Shown here piece after piece: positions 48,205 to 58,118 of a stretch of 64,000 nt of DNA. Location: NCBI GenBank assembly GCA_017503545.1, contig JAFVSW010000338.1, positions 2,805 to 66,804 of the forward strand, in the 5' to 3' direction. The translations under genes and the position numbers were made by a program. Origin of the DNA: Lentisphaeria bacterium (GTDB taxonomy: Bacteria; Verrucomicrobiota; Lentisphaeria; Victivallales; UBA1829). The notes under the pieces are model-generated. The model searched no databases and was not told where the DNA came from. It saw only the letters and a list, made by a program, of their open reading frames with translations. How positions within the stretch are numbered: the stretch's first letter is position 1; each line of letters opens with the position of its first letter.

Positions 48205-49295
48205 TCTTCATTCTCCTTGATTAAATTACGATCCGCAAGTTCACAGAAACGACGGATGATTTTGATTTCTTTCGGGTCATACGGACGCAGGCTCGGGCGG
48301 AACAGGTCATGCTGCCATTTTGTAAAATCCAACTGGCCGGCTTCCCCGCGTTCTTCCGCTTTCCATAACACTTCCGTAGGCTCATAAGTCTGATTCAGAC
48401 CGGCGACAAATCCCCAATTCCAACAGGAAACTTTTTCCAGGAAGAAAAGCGGAAAACATTCCTGTATCGTATTGTGCGTGATCCGGTTGAGCCATTCTGT
48501 GTTCAGCAGGGGACGGTTAAATTTCCGGAGTTCGTTGATTTGCACCACATTGTTTTCATAACATCCGTAATTGTGATAAGAGATCACATCGGAAAGTTCC
48601 AGACATAAATTTTCCGCCGGATTCCGGCTTTCCGCTTTAAGATGCCAAATGCCCGCTGTCAGAGGCTGAACCGGATCACAGGCACGTGCGGTATCGAAAA
48701 ATCTCTGCACATGCGGTACGGAAATAGCACCGCGATTGTTATTGCCGGGTTCATTGATCAGGTCCCATATACAAATTCGGGAATCGGTACGGTATTTCAT
48801 AATGATTTCACGAACCATCCCGAAGAATCGTTCCGCTTTCTCCGGCTCATCCAGAATGCTGCTGCCGACTTCATTGGGGAAACTGCCATGCTGTGAATAT
48901 TTTCTGCCGCCGTGATAGCCCCAGTCGTATTCCTGTTTTCCCAAATGCTGCGGACGGTAATAAGAATTTTTCGGAAGCGTGCAGTCATTTCCGAAACAAA
49001 TCATCACCTTGATTTTATGGGTGTCCGCCAGTGTAATGAACCGCTCGAACCGCTCCATAAAGGAATCATGTTCCTCTTCCCAGACGATGAATTCCAGGAT
49101 CACGCGGATCGAATTGAATCCGATTGACTCCATGAGGGCGAATTCCCGTGCCATGGTTTCAAAATGTTGTTCCCATTGATAGGATTGCCACATATCGATC
49201 CGGTTTGCACAGTCGGACGGCACATAATTGCAGCCCCGGAACCATGGTTGTTTAGCATACCATTCGTTAGCCTGCGAACAGGTCCATCTTTCCAT
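48201..49295 (-). CDS. clan GH-A glycoside hydrolase (GH5-like)
   Basis: 364-aa ORF. The candidate acid/base is WDLINEPGN and the candidate nucleophile is LLNTEW, both typical of (beta/alpha)8 GH5-type enzymes. No signal peptide. Confidence 0.62.
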   Translation of the reverse strand: MERWTCSQANEWYAKQPWFRGCNYVPSDCANRIDMWQSYQWEQHFETMAREFALMESIGFNSIRVILEFIVWEEEHDSFMERFERFITLADTHKIKVMICFGNDCTLPKNSYYRPQHLGKQEYDWGYHGGRKYSQHGSFPNEVGSSILDEPEKAERFFGMVREIIMKYRTDSRICIWDLINEPGNNNRGAISVPHVQRFFDTARACDPVQPLTAGIWHLKAESRNPAENLCLELSDVISYHNYGCYENNVVQINELRKFNRPLLNTEWLNRITHNTIQECFPLFFLEKVSCWNWGFVAGLNQTYEPTEVLWKAEERGEAGQLDFTKWQHDLFRPSLRPYDPKEIKIIRRFCELADRNLIKENEE

Positions 49296-49331
49296 CGTTC
49301 TGAAATCCTTTTCGTTACTGTTTGATTTTGA

Positions 49332-50030
49332 TCAATTATTGAAGTCACGTGACGAGCGGTGCTGATAGAATTTACTGCCGTAGTAATTCTGACAGTAACC
49401 GGCAAGTTCCTGTTGGCGTATGGGAGCCACATGCAGATCCGCATACAACACATTTGCGGCTTTGGAATGACGGCTGGCTTGTCTTGCCAATACATCGCCG
49501 GTGGCACCCTGGGCATAAAGGTAGGAATACGTGTAAAGTCCGACGTTATCTGTTGCGTTATTGCGATTTCCTTTTCCGTCTATCACATGGCAAAGTTTGG
49601 AAGGATATTTTGCTTTGGAAACGGGGGAGAAATCCAGTCCAGCATACAGGCTTTTCGCTAACACATTATTGGTGCTGTTCAAGGTATAACTGTTCATTTT
49701 CGGGTTGGCATCTGCGGGGCAGAAATACGGTGTGACTTTGCGTCCTTTGCTCCGGTAATCCTGAAAGTCAAATCCCAGATAAGGAGATGTTATCCGCATC
49801 CAGGTGTATGTCGTGTTATTATACGGGATATGTGCCTGATACCACATATCATTATTATCTTCAAAATACAACTTGAAAGCGAGCCCGATCTGCTTCAGAT
49901 TGTTGGTACAGGAGATGGCGCGTCCGGTATCCTTTACTTTTCCCAACGCGGGCAGCAGCATTGCCGCAAGAATGGCGATAATGGCGATCACGACAAGCAG
50001 TTCGATCAATGTGAATTCTTTCCGTTTCAT
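49332..50030 (-). CDS. prepilin-type N-terminal cleavage/methylation domain protein (DUF1559-like pseudopilin)
   Basis: N-terminal [26 protein letters not shown] and C-terminal NVLYADLHV motif. Confidence 0.85.
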   Translation of the reverse strand: MKRKEFTLIELLVVIAIIAILAAMLLPALGKVKDTGRAISCTNNLKQIGLAFKLYFEDNNDMWYQAHIPYNNTTYTWMRITSPYLGFDFQDYRSKGRKVTPYFCPADANPKMNSYTLNSTNNVLAKSLYAGLDFSPVSKAKYPSKLCHVIDGKGNRNNATDNVGLYTYSYLYAQGATGDVLARQASRHSKAANVLYADLHVAPIRQQELAGYCQNYYGSKFYQHRSSRDFNN

Positions 50031-50075
50031 ATTTTTACCTTTCCTTTTGGTTTATGTTTTAAACGTAACGTTCCC

Positions 50076-51242
50076 TTATTCTCCTTCGAACTTGACTTTC
50101 ATATTCGGCTGCATGGGGTTGGGGATCCCGACCGGTTCGCCATCCAGCTCAAATTTGATCATCAACGGCAGATCGTCCGGCTTTTCGATTGGCATATCAA
50201 ACAACGTCACCACATCTTTAACCTGTTCAAAACGGATTTCTTCCCCGGAAACAAGCCAGGTGACACGGTTGACTTTGTTCCCGATCCCCACAATGCGTTT
50301 TTCCGGTCCGTAATTCCGTTCCAGCCGGAAATAGGCATTGTTCCCTTTGGAGGTGGAAATTTCACGGTCGTGATAGCTGAACGGGTGCGGTTCCACATCA
50401 AACAGGGCTTCTTCATTCGCTCTGACCCAATCGCCGACTTTATCAAGAACTTCAAAGACTTCCGGCTGAAAACTGCCGTCCGCTTTCGGACCGATGCTCA
50501 ACAGAAGATTGCCGCCGTTATGACGGTTGGTGGACAGCAGTTTGACCACATTTTTCGGTGTTCTCCAATCCGTATCATGAGGGTTGTAACTCCACGCTCC
50601 GTTCAGAGAATCGCATGTCTCCCAAATATCATCGGGAGAGCCGGAGGTATGACGTTCGCAGGATTTCAAATCGTTATCCGGGCCGTTGCAACGGCTGACG
50701 AGAAGTCCGGGCTGCATGGCGCGGATTTCTTTATGGAGTTCCATCAGACGCCAGAGATCGCCGGGAGGGCAGGCATCATAGAAAAGATAATCGATCTGAC
50801 CGTAATCAGTCATGATCTGGCGGATTTGACGGTGTGTTTTCTGTACGAACCGTTCCCAGTTTTCCGCATTGGCAGGACCGCCGCAATAATCGGGATCCGA
50901 CCAGTCGGCGACGGAATAATAGAGTCCGATGCCCAGATCATATTCCCGGCAGCCATCCACAAAACCGCGAATAACATCGTCACCGATAAAATAACCTTCA
51001 TGATGACGGGTTGTCAATACGGCATAACGCATGGCAAACCGCTTTGCCAATTCTGCCCAGTAATGGCCCATTTCGTATGTGGGATGGAAATGAGGCAATG
51101 CTTTTTCAAAATATTCTTTGGGATCCAGTCGTTCCAGAAACATTTTCCATTCGCCGTTGCCGTATACGGAATAAACGCCATAATGAATGAAAAGTCCGTA
51201 CGCCCAATCATGAAAAATCTTTTTTTTCTCCTGCAATGTCAT
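50076..51242 (-). CDS. alpha-L-fucosidase (GH29)
   Basis: YGLFIHYGVYSVYGNGEW matches the GH29 N-terminal signature. The ATG at 51242 (MTLQEKK...) is preferred over 51353. Confidence 0.8.
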   Translation of the reverse strand: MTLQEKKKIFHDWAYGLFIHYGVYSVYGNGEWKMFLERLDPKEYFEKALPHFHPTYEMGHYWAELAKRFAMRYAVLTTRHHEGYFIGDDVIRGFVDGCREYDLGIGLYYSVADWSDPDYCGGPANAENWERFVQKTHRQIRQIMTDYGQIDYLFYDACPPGDLWRLMELHKEIRAMQPGLLVSRCNGPDNDLKSCERHTSGSPDDIWETCDSLNGAWSYNPHDTDWRTPKNVVKLLSTNRHNGGNLLLSIGPKADGSFQPEVFEVLDKVGDWVRANEEALFDVEPHPFSYHDREISTSKGNNAYFRLERNYGPEKRIVGIGNKVNRVTWLVSGEEIRFEQVKDVVTLFDMPIEKPDDLPLMIKFELDGEPVGIPNPMQPNMKVKFEGE

Positions 51243-51468
51243 TTTTTTGATCTCCTGAATTATTATTTGAAATACGCATTTTGATACTTTGTGCACAAAA
51301 TAAGCGTAAATTGTGCCAAAATAGAGTTTTTTCAGCCTAATATAACGCTGCAATATTATTTTTACAAGTGATTTTTATAAAAAAATGCGATTTTTTTGTT
51401 CAGTTAATATCAGATTATACTTAAATGTAGCGAAAACAAATGATTGTGATTGATACTTTATGATTTTT

Positions 51469-52605
51469 TTACTTTCCGTCTTCCCATTTATTTGTGGAAA
51501 GACGTTTATAAAGAACACCCGGGATTTTTTGATGGACCGGTTCATTATCGTTCTTCTTTTGCATCATCAGAATTTGTTGGAATGCGGCAGTTGCGATTTC
51601 TGAAAACGGATATTGGACCGACGTCAATTCCCAGGAACGGAACCGCCAGTCATTATCGAATGAAACAAGCGAGATTGGCTTGATTTTATGTTCGTAGGCA
51701 TATTGAAGCATCAATACCGCAAGGGCATCAGAAGCGCAGACCGCAGCGGTGCATGTTTTCATGATTTTTTCCGCTTCCTGGAAGACTGCTTCTTTGCTAT
51801 CATCCATGATATTTTCCGGATTATGGTAAGGGAAAAAATGACTCCAGCGTTCGATTGGGCGCAAGTTCTGTTTTTCCATGGCAAGACGGTATCCGCTGAT
51901 CCGTTGGTCCTGCCAATCGGCGGGGAAATCGTAGCCGAGGAATGCGATTTTCTGATGTTTGAGTTTCAGTTGATACTCTGTTGCGATCGTACCGGATTTG
52001 ATTTCATCACTGACGATTGTACAAAATCCCGGAATCAGCGGCTCGGCGTTGACGATAACGACCGGGGCATTGAGTTTTTTCAGTTGTTTCCAGTTCTCTT
52101 TATGGCTGATTTGCTGCGAACTGAGAAAGATATAACCGACGGAATGTTGTTTTTTCAGCGCGGAAATATCTTCATTTGTAATATCAATCGGATCTGTCGT
52201 CAGAATCTGATCAAATTGCTTATGCAGATTATAAAAACGGGAGAGGATCTTGTTCTGATTGCAAAGCTCATCAATGGTATGAAGCTGTGTCATCGTAAGA
52301 TTCAAAATAGCATTCGGATTGACATAATCGAGAACGCCGATCGTTGTCAAACCATTCCGGAGTAAATCTTTTGTTGCCAAAGTATCCGGTTCCGGCACAC
52401 AGCAGAGCATGGTCCCTTTCCGCGGGATACTTTTTACCAGCCCTTTCTGCGCTAATTTGGTATAGAGATTTCTGGCTGTGGAAAAGGTGACATTATATTC
52501 CCGGGCAAGTGTCCGGGGGCTGGGCAGAATCTGCCCGACCTGAAAAATGCCGTTGGAATAATCCTGCAGGAACCGTTTCAGAAGTTCCTGCAGGGCAATA
52601 TCCAT
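51469..52605 (-). CDS. GntR-type wHTH regulator fused to a LacI/PBP1-type sugar-binding domain
   Basis: The wHTH is LPSPRTLAREYNVTFSTARNLYTKLAQKGLVKSIPRKGT, followed by a periplasmic-binding-protein-like effector domain. The ATG at 52605 avoids overlap with the upstream gene. Confidence 0.78.
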   Translation of the reverse strand: MDIALQELLKRFLQDYSNGIFQVGQILPSPRTLAREYNVTFSTARNLYTKLAQKGLVKSIPRKGTMLCCVPEPDTLATKDLLRNGLTTIGVLDYVNPNAILNLTMTQLHTIDELCNQNKILSRFYNLHKQFDQILTTDPIDITNEDISALKKQHSVGYIFLSSQQISHKENWKQLKKLNAPVVIVNAEPLIPGFCTIVSDEIKSGTIATEYQLKLKHQKIAFLGYDFPADWQDQRISGYRLAMEKQNLRPIERWSHFFPYHNPENIMDDSKEAVFQEAEKIMKTCTAAVCASDALAVLMLQYAYEHKIKPISLVSFDNDWRFRSWELTSVQYPFSEIATAAFQQILMMQKKNDNEPVHQKIPGVLYKRLSTNKWEDGK

Positions 52606-52669
52606 ATCTCTTTGCGGGAGACGCTGGTATGTTTTCCGCTTTTCCACAATGAACCTGAAATTTTGTATA

Positions 52670-53887
52670 TTAGAGTTCGATCTTGATGAATTTACCGGTA
52701 TCGGCAGATTCTTTTGCACAGAGACAGGTCAATGTACTCAGAATACCGTCACCGGTGATCAGGTCCGTACAACTGCGTTCGCCGGTTTTCATCGTGTTGA
52801 TGAAGTTTTTGATCAACTGGCGGTCTCCGCCGTAATGGCTGAGCAGCCCCTGTTTGACGGTATAATGTTCCACACTGTTATCCACAGAAGAATAAAAATG
52901 CAATTCATGGTTATTGAAATCGATTTCAAGGGATCCGAAATTACCGACAAAACGGGCACCGCGTCTTGCTGCCGCGGCATTAGCAATAAAGTTTTGTGTA
53001 TGAACCATGTGTGTGCCGTCTTTTCCGCGGATGATACATTCGCCGATATCTTCGATGGCGATATCCTTGGAGATGGCACAATATCTTTTCCGGAGGAATT
53101 TTCCATCCGGCGTATAAGTGCCGCTCATTTGTTTCTTTGCTTCATCGAAGGACGGGTAAGCGCCGCGTTTATCGAAATAATATTCCGGACCGAATTCGCA
53201 GGTATGGGCATCCAGGCATTGATCGCAGGACAGTTCATAATCCTTATCGCCCACATGGTAGACTTTTCCACGCATGGCGCAAACAGTTTCCGGTTCAATC
53301 CCGCTCAGATAGATCTGATAGTCGATATCATGTACCGCTTTCTGCATAAACATACCGCCGGTCTTCTCCTGATCACGGAACCAGGTGGAAAAATAAATAC
53401 GCCCCGGGGTGTCTTCATAGCCGACGGTCTGATAGATTTTACCCAGTCTTCCGGAATCAATGATTTCTTTTGCCCGTTGTGTCAGAGGACACAAGCGCAT
53501 GGGGAGGGAGACCTGCGCCGGAGTGGGAGAATTACGGAATGTTTTTTCCAATTGGCGAATCTGTTCAAGAGAAATAGAAACCGGTTTTTCGATATAAAGC
53601 GGGATATGCAGCGGTTCCAATTTGCAAGCCATTTCCGTATGGAATGTGCAATAAGTTCCGATGATGATACCATCCAGTTCCGGTTTGGAAGCAATAAAGG
53701 AGTCAATATCGGTAAAGAATTTGCAATCTTTGCTGATGACAACTTGTTTTTCTGCCATTCTGCTTTTTGCAGCATCTTCATTCAGATCCATGACCGCTTT
53801 GACCTCGTATTCATCCCCGAATACGCTCAAATAACTTGCGATAGTTGCAGCCTGCAAACCGCATCCGACAATACCGATCTTAAACAT
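52670..53887 (-). CDS. Gfo/Idh/MocA family oxidoreductase
   Basis: N-terminal Rossmann motif MFKIGIVGCGLQA and the EKP motif (YIEKPVS). Confidence 0.85.
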   Translation of the reverse strand: MFKIGIVGCGLQAATIASYLSVFGDEYEVKAVMDLNEDAAKSRMAEKQVVISKDCKFFTDIDSFIASKPELDGIIIGTYCTFHTEMACKLEPLHIPLYIEKPVSISLEQIRQLEKTFRNSPTPAQVSLPMRLCPLTQRAKEIIDSGRLGKIYQTVGYEDTPGRIYFSTWFRDQEKTGGMFMQKAVHDIDYQIYLSGIEPETVCAMRGKVYHVGDKDYELSCDQCLDAHTCEFGPEYYFDKRGAYPSFDEAKKQMSGTYTPDGKFLRKRYCAISKDIAIEDIGECIIRGKDGTHMVHTQNFIANAAAARRGARFVGNFGSLEIDFNNHELHFYSSVDNSVEHYTVKQGLLSHYGGDRQLIKNFINTMKTGERSCTDLITGDGILSTLTCLCAKESADTGKFIKIEL

Positions 53888-53964
53888 AATTCAACATCTC
53901 CTTGTTGATATTTTTTATATTGCTTGAAATATACCGCAAAATATTAAAAATTCAAATTTTTATG

Positions 53965-53993
53965 GAGGTAATTTCAAAAGTCAGGCAAAATCT
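53965..53993 (+). repeat. solo left arm of the MITE-like element
   Basis: GAGGTAATTTCAAAAGTCAGGCAAAATCT here compares with copy A GAGGTAATTTCAAAAGTCCGGCAAAATTT. It abuts the stop codon of the 53993..55813 gene. Confidence 0.6.
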
Positions 53994-55813
53994 TATTTGC
54001 CAAACGGGAAGGCTTTCAATTCTTCCCCACGGTACAGTTCCCGGAACTGACCTTTTTGATCAATCTGAAATTCATCCATCTTTTTCCCGTTTTCATCCAC
54101 CGCTTTCACGGTAATTTTATCCGCCGTGACTTTCACATGCAAGTAGCTGAAATTCGGATTGGAGGAATTCCCTTTCGGACCATCCACGGAAACCCAATTG
54201 ACCGGAGATTTTTTCAATGCCGTCTTTTTGCGCGGTGTTCTGGCAATCAACTCGGATGTCCCTTTTGCCGCCCGCCAATAACGGTGTACGTGACCGGCAA
54301 TCCAGAGATGGATCCGGCTGTCATCGGAATCGTTCCGGAGCAGAGGTGCGGTGATTTCGCGCATTTTATCTTCCAGATAACCGGCATCGATTTGCGGTTC
54401 CGGGTGAGCCAGAACGATCCGGAATTTTGCGGTCCGGAACGCTTCTGTTTTCTGTAATTTTTCCAGCCATTTTTTCTGTTTTTCGTACAAGATTCCGGGA
54501 ATAATAACAGGACCGTTGTAAGAACTCAACCCCGCGTCTTTCGGCGGATAATCCCCGCAATCCAACACAATGAACAGCACATCGCCCAACCGGAAACTGT
54601 AATACGATTTTTCTCCCGGCATCAGGAAATGATCATACCAGTCTTCTGACGCAAGTCCGTTGACTTCATGATTGCCATGCACCCACACCCACGGGCGGAT
54701 CGCTTCGCCTTGCCCCGGTACAAAATCAAGAAAGAATTTTTTCAACAGATCACGTTCGATATCATGGGCGTAACTGTCCGCATCCCCGACATGAACGATA
54801 AAATCTGATTTTTTATATTCCGGAAGCGCACGCATTTTTCTCATAAATCCGGCACGTGCAGCAACGGTCTGACAGGTGGTAGAGAGGGACAACTGTGTAT
54901 CTCCCAGCACAAAAAATGAAAATTCTTTCCGGTCCGGATTACGCAACGTTTTTACCGGCTGAAAAACTTCCCGGTATTGCCGTTTGGTCCATAATGCACG
55001 ACGCATTCCATCCAGTCCGGCTGGCGGCTCCAGCAGCACGATCCGGTATTCCAAATCTTTTCCGGAAGGAAGATCCGAAAGAAGAATACGGTGGAGACGG
55101 CTTTTTTCCCGCAAGACAAAATCACCTGCCAAATCCCATTCCCGTTTCCAGTTTTTTGTCCCCTTCACACGATAATCGATCCCTGCGGGAACCGGCTGTT
55201 TCGTAATAAAACTGAACATGACACTGTTATTTCCGGGGCGCAAAACCATTTCCGGATATGCCAATTCTGCTTTGACCGGCTGATAATCTTTCTGTTCTTT
55301 CAAGACCAGCCGCCACTCGATTTTGCGATTTGCGCCGTAACAATAATCCAGAAGAAAATTAGTACGTTTGGTGGCAATGGAAATTTCATTTTTCCCGGCG
55401 ATTAATGGCAGAGCAATCGTGTGATCGTTTACTGTCACCGGCTCATAATCATTCCCCAATCCCTTGTAGCGGATATCGTAAACGATTTTGCCGTTGACTG
55501 CAACAGAAAAGATCCGGCAGCCGACACCAAGCCACATGGTTTCTGCTTTTTTCGAGTGGATATAACCACGGACAAGGGCTGCATCCCAGCCTTGTGCCAG
55601 TTTATTGAAATCAAATCCCGCCTGCGGCATTTGCAACGTAACGCGTTTGACATCTTTCAATGCTTTAAATTCCCGGACATGAGGCGTCGGACATTTCAAA
55701 AATTGTTTATCATCGGTCTTCCAATACCACGCATCCCATTGATCGGGGAGCGGAGCGGCAGAAAGCAGGAAAGCGAAGGAAAAGAACAGGGAAGTTACAA
55801 GGGATTTTTTCAT
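53993..55813 (-). CDS. secreted metallophosphoesterase (purple-acid-phosphatase-like)
   Basis: The ATG at 55813 gives a signal peptide (MKKSLVTSLFFSFAFLLSA). Motifs are VLGDTQ, HVGDADSY, GNHEVNG, VLAHPE and AGHVHRY. It is a paralog of 13926..15776. Confidence 0.78.
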   Translation of the reverse strand: MKKSLVTSLFFSFAFLLSAAPLPDQWDAWYWKTDDKQFLKCPTPHVREFKALKDVKRVTLQMPQAGFDFNKLAQGWDAALVRGYIHSKKAETMWLGVGCRIFSVAVNGKIVYDIRYKGLGNDYEPVTVNDHTIALPLIAGKNEISIATKRTNFLLDYCYGANRKIEWRLVLKEQKDYQPVKAELAYPEMVLRPGNNSVMFSFITKQPVPAGIDYRVKGTKNWKREWDLAGDFVLREKSRLHRILLSDLPSGKDLEYRIVLLEPPAGLDGMRRALWTKRQYREVFQPVKTLRNPDRKEFSFFVLGDTQLSLSTTCQTVAARAGFMRKMRALPEYKKSDFIVHVGDADSYAHDIERDLLKKFFLDFVPGQGEAIRPWVWVHGNHEVNGLASEDWYDHFLMPGEKSYYSFRLGDVLFIVLDCGDYPPKDAGLSSYNGPVIIPGILYEKQKKWLEKLQKTEAFRTAKFRIVLAHPEPQIDAGYLEDKMREITAPLLRNDSDDSRIHLWIAGHVHRYWRAAKGTSELIARTPRKKTALKKSPVNWVSVDGPKGNSSNPNFSYLHVKVTADKITVKAVDENGKKMDEFQIDQKGQFRELYRGEELKAFPFGK

Positions 55814-55964
55814 TTCAGACACCTCAAATGACAGGATTATTTGTGTGCACATACAATACATCCGGAAATGTGTTTTTCAAGTTGAAACCACAGATATCCC
55901 ATAAAATATTTCAAAAGAATATTGATACAAAACTCAATATCCGGATAAAACACAGGTTTGCCGT

Positions 55965-56310
55965 AAAACAAGCCCTGTCAGGGCGGCAAGAGTCAGGCAG
56001 CTCCGTCTTTATTTCATTACGCCGTGACAAGCCAGGGTGGAGCAGAGCGTAACCCTGGGATTAACGCATCGAACCACATTCTCCATGACAGCCACCGCGA
56101 TGACGGCGTTTTGGTAGAAACGGACGGCATCGTGGTGGCAATGACATTCCCGGAACATCATTGCATTGGCGAATATGTCATTCCGTGCCGGAACGCCATA
56201 TCCGTCAATGCCGGTCTTTGGTCAATGTCGTTCGACGTCTTATCCCCAGGGTTACGCTGCGCTTCACCCTGGGCTGTCTGACTCTTGCCGCCCCATCCGG
56301 GGCTTGTTTT
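55965..56310. repeat. 346-bp foldback element with ~70-bp imperfect terminal inverted repeats
   Basis: The left end is AAAACAAGCCC..GGGCGGCAAGAGTCAGGCAGC..CCAGGGTGGAGCAGAGCGTAACCCTGGG. The reverse complement of the right end is AAAACAAGCCC..GGGGCGGCAAGAGTCAGACAGCCCAGGGTGAAGCGCAGCGTAACCCTGGGG. The left arm carries a ~30-nt insertion. Confidence 0.7.
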
Positions 56311-56500
56311 CTGGTTAATCTGCGTTTTTTTCGAATAAAAAGTTTCGTGTTTATCTTACAAAGTAAATTTAAGAGTCCGGTGAATACCAATAAACTGCTA
56401 TTTCCACATCAAAGAGATCTTTTTTAACCTTCTTTGCTTCAAAATTTTTACCGGACAGGAGTGATAATGATTATATTTTTATTTTCTTTCTGCTGCTTTA

Positions 56501-56528
56501 CGAAAAAGGAACGGAAACTGGTTTCCGG
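56501..56528 (-). terminator. probable intrinsic terminator of the esterase gene
   Basis: On the minus strand the sequence reads CGGAAAC-CA-GTTTCCG followed by TTCCTTTTTCG, about 30 nt after the stop at 56559. Confidence 0.45.
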
Positions 56529-56558
56529 CTCTCAAAAAGATCTTTCAGACATTTTTGA

Positions 56559-57977
56559 TCAGTAACAGGTGTAATGGGATCTTTCATACCAGAATCCATC
56601 ACCATACCCCGGGGAGCAAGGAGCCGATGCCGGGGCATTGTAATCAATTCCGGCAATCTTCAGTTCACGATAAAAGATTTTGTCTCCGGATGCGACGTAC
56701 ATGACTTTCCCGCAAACGGCCACCTTTTCTGCCGGAAGATCTCCGGGCAACGGCAAAATCAAATCGGTGATTCCGAACGATACAACACCCTGGATTCCCA
56801 ATTCTGTTGCGGCAAGAATACGGTCGTCCGCAAGAACAGCCATATCAGATGCGCCGATTTTTGTCAAATCATGTTTCAAATGGAGCGGTGCAAGTTTATT
56901 GAGCTGTGTAAGAGAACCATCGGGCAGAATAGACATTGCAAAAATAAACCGGCGGTTTTCATCTGCAATATATAATCTCCATTTGTCCGAAGAAAGTCCG
57001 ATGGCGGAAATTGATGTAAAGCAGTCGGCAACAACCGTCTTTTTTTCTTCTTTTTCGAAAAAGATCCTGCCGTCTTCGAATGTATACACCCCGCCCAGAG
57101 CTGAGATTTTTTGTTTTTCCGGAAAAGGTCCTGTATATTCCTGCCATTGGCTGTCCTCTGCCACAAGATTGCGGATCCGGATCTGCTGTGCAAGCGGAAG
57201 TACCGGGATCGTTTTCCAATTTGCCCAGAGGAATTGCATCATTCGCCGCCACAATACCACATCATCTTTATGACAACAATGACCTTCCCCGTTGAATTGC
57301 TCAAACCGGAAATCATACCCCGCAAATTCCAATGCACTGGCAGCATTCTGTGCGGCATAAAGTGAACTGCCGAAATAATAATCCGGTTCATTTGTGCCGG
57401 TGGTGATATAAAGTCTGACAGGTCTTGTTTCCGCTTTGCGAGCTATGACCATGGCTTCTTCGCCACCACGAATGGCAGAAAATGTAGGGCTGGACAAGAA
57501 GGCACGGCGGAAATAATCATTGCGGAACCAGACGGCATTCCAAGCCGCCAAGCCGCCGGAGGAATGACCTGCGATAAAGTGCAGATCCGGTTTTTCAGAA
57601 ATCGATTCATTTGCAATCCGGCATGCATCCGGAATCAGTTCTTCCACCAGAAAATTTGCATAATCGGCACTGTATTGATCGAAATCCATGGCACGCGTAC
57701 CCCGTTCTTTTCCGCCCGGTAAAGTAGGATGCAATGTGCCGGAAATAAGAAAAAGGATCATACCGTAAGGGATCAATCCTTCCTCCATAAATGCAGTCAG
57801 CATGGGAATCATCTTTTCCGGATCGTATTCCAACAGCACATAAAGAGCGGGAGGTTGAGGATTTTCTAAAGGCTTGGCAACATAGATACTGTACGTGTAA
57901 GCAATCCCACATTCATAATTTTTACCGTTTATAGTACAATCTTTTAATGTTTTTGCGATGTAAGATTGCTGAGTCAT
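56559..57977 (-). CDS. esterase (PF00756-type alpha/beta hydrolase) fused to a beta-propeller-like C-terminal domain
   Basis: Nucleophile elbow IAGHSSGGLAA, preceded by the NFLVEELIP pattern typical of 'putative esterase'/CE1-like proteins. The C-terminal ~200 aa are SMP-30/gluconolactonase-like by eye. Confidence 0.7.
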   Translation of the reverse strand: MTQQSYIAKTLKDCTINGKNYECGIAYTYSIYVAKPLENPQPPALYVLLEYDPEKMIPMLTAFMEEGLIPYGMILFLISGTLHPTLPGGKERGTRAMDFDQYSADYANFLVEELIPDACRIANESISEKPDLHFIAGHSSGGLAAWNAVWFRNDYFRRAFLSSPTFSAIRGGEEAMVIARKAETRPVRLYITTGTNEPDYYFGSSLYAAQNAASALEFAGYDFRFEQFNGEGHCCHKDDVVLWRRMMQFLWANWKTIPVLPLAQQIRIRNLVAEDSQWQEYTGPFPEKQKISALGGVYTFEDGRIFFEKEEKKTVVADCFTSISAIGLSSDKWRLYIADENRRFIFAMSILPDGSLTQLNKLAPLHLKHDLTKIGASDMAVLADDRILAATELGIQGVVSFGITDLILPLPGDLPAEKVAVCGKVMYVASGDKIFYRELKIAGIDYNAPASAPCSPGYGDGFWYERSHYTCY

Positions 57978-58118
57978 GATTCCACCTCATAGATGTTATA
58001 CTTACCTGATATGCTTATGCCGTTCACTGTAATTTATATCTCCGGAACTTTAATTTCAATTCAAACAGTTATCTTTTTTTACAAAAAATACCAAATGAGG
58101 TCATGAGCTTTTATTTGA

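Noticed and set aside
56024-56281. 85-aa ORF inside the foldback element
   Set aside because: It has no RBS, its composition is driven by the inverted repeats, and it spans both arms. It is more likely non-coding.
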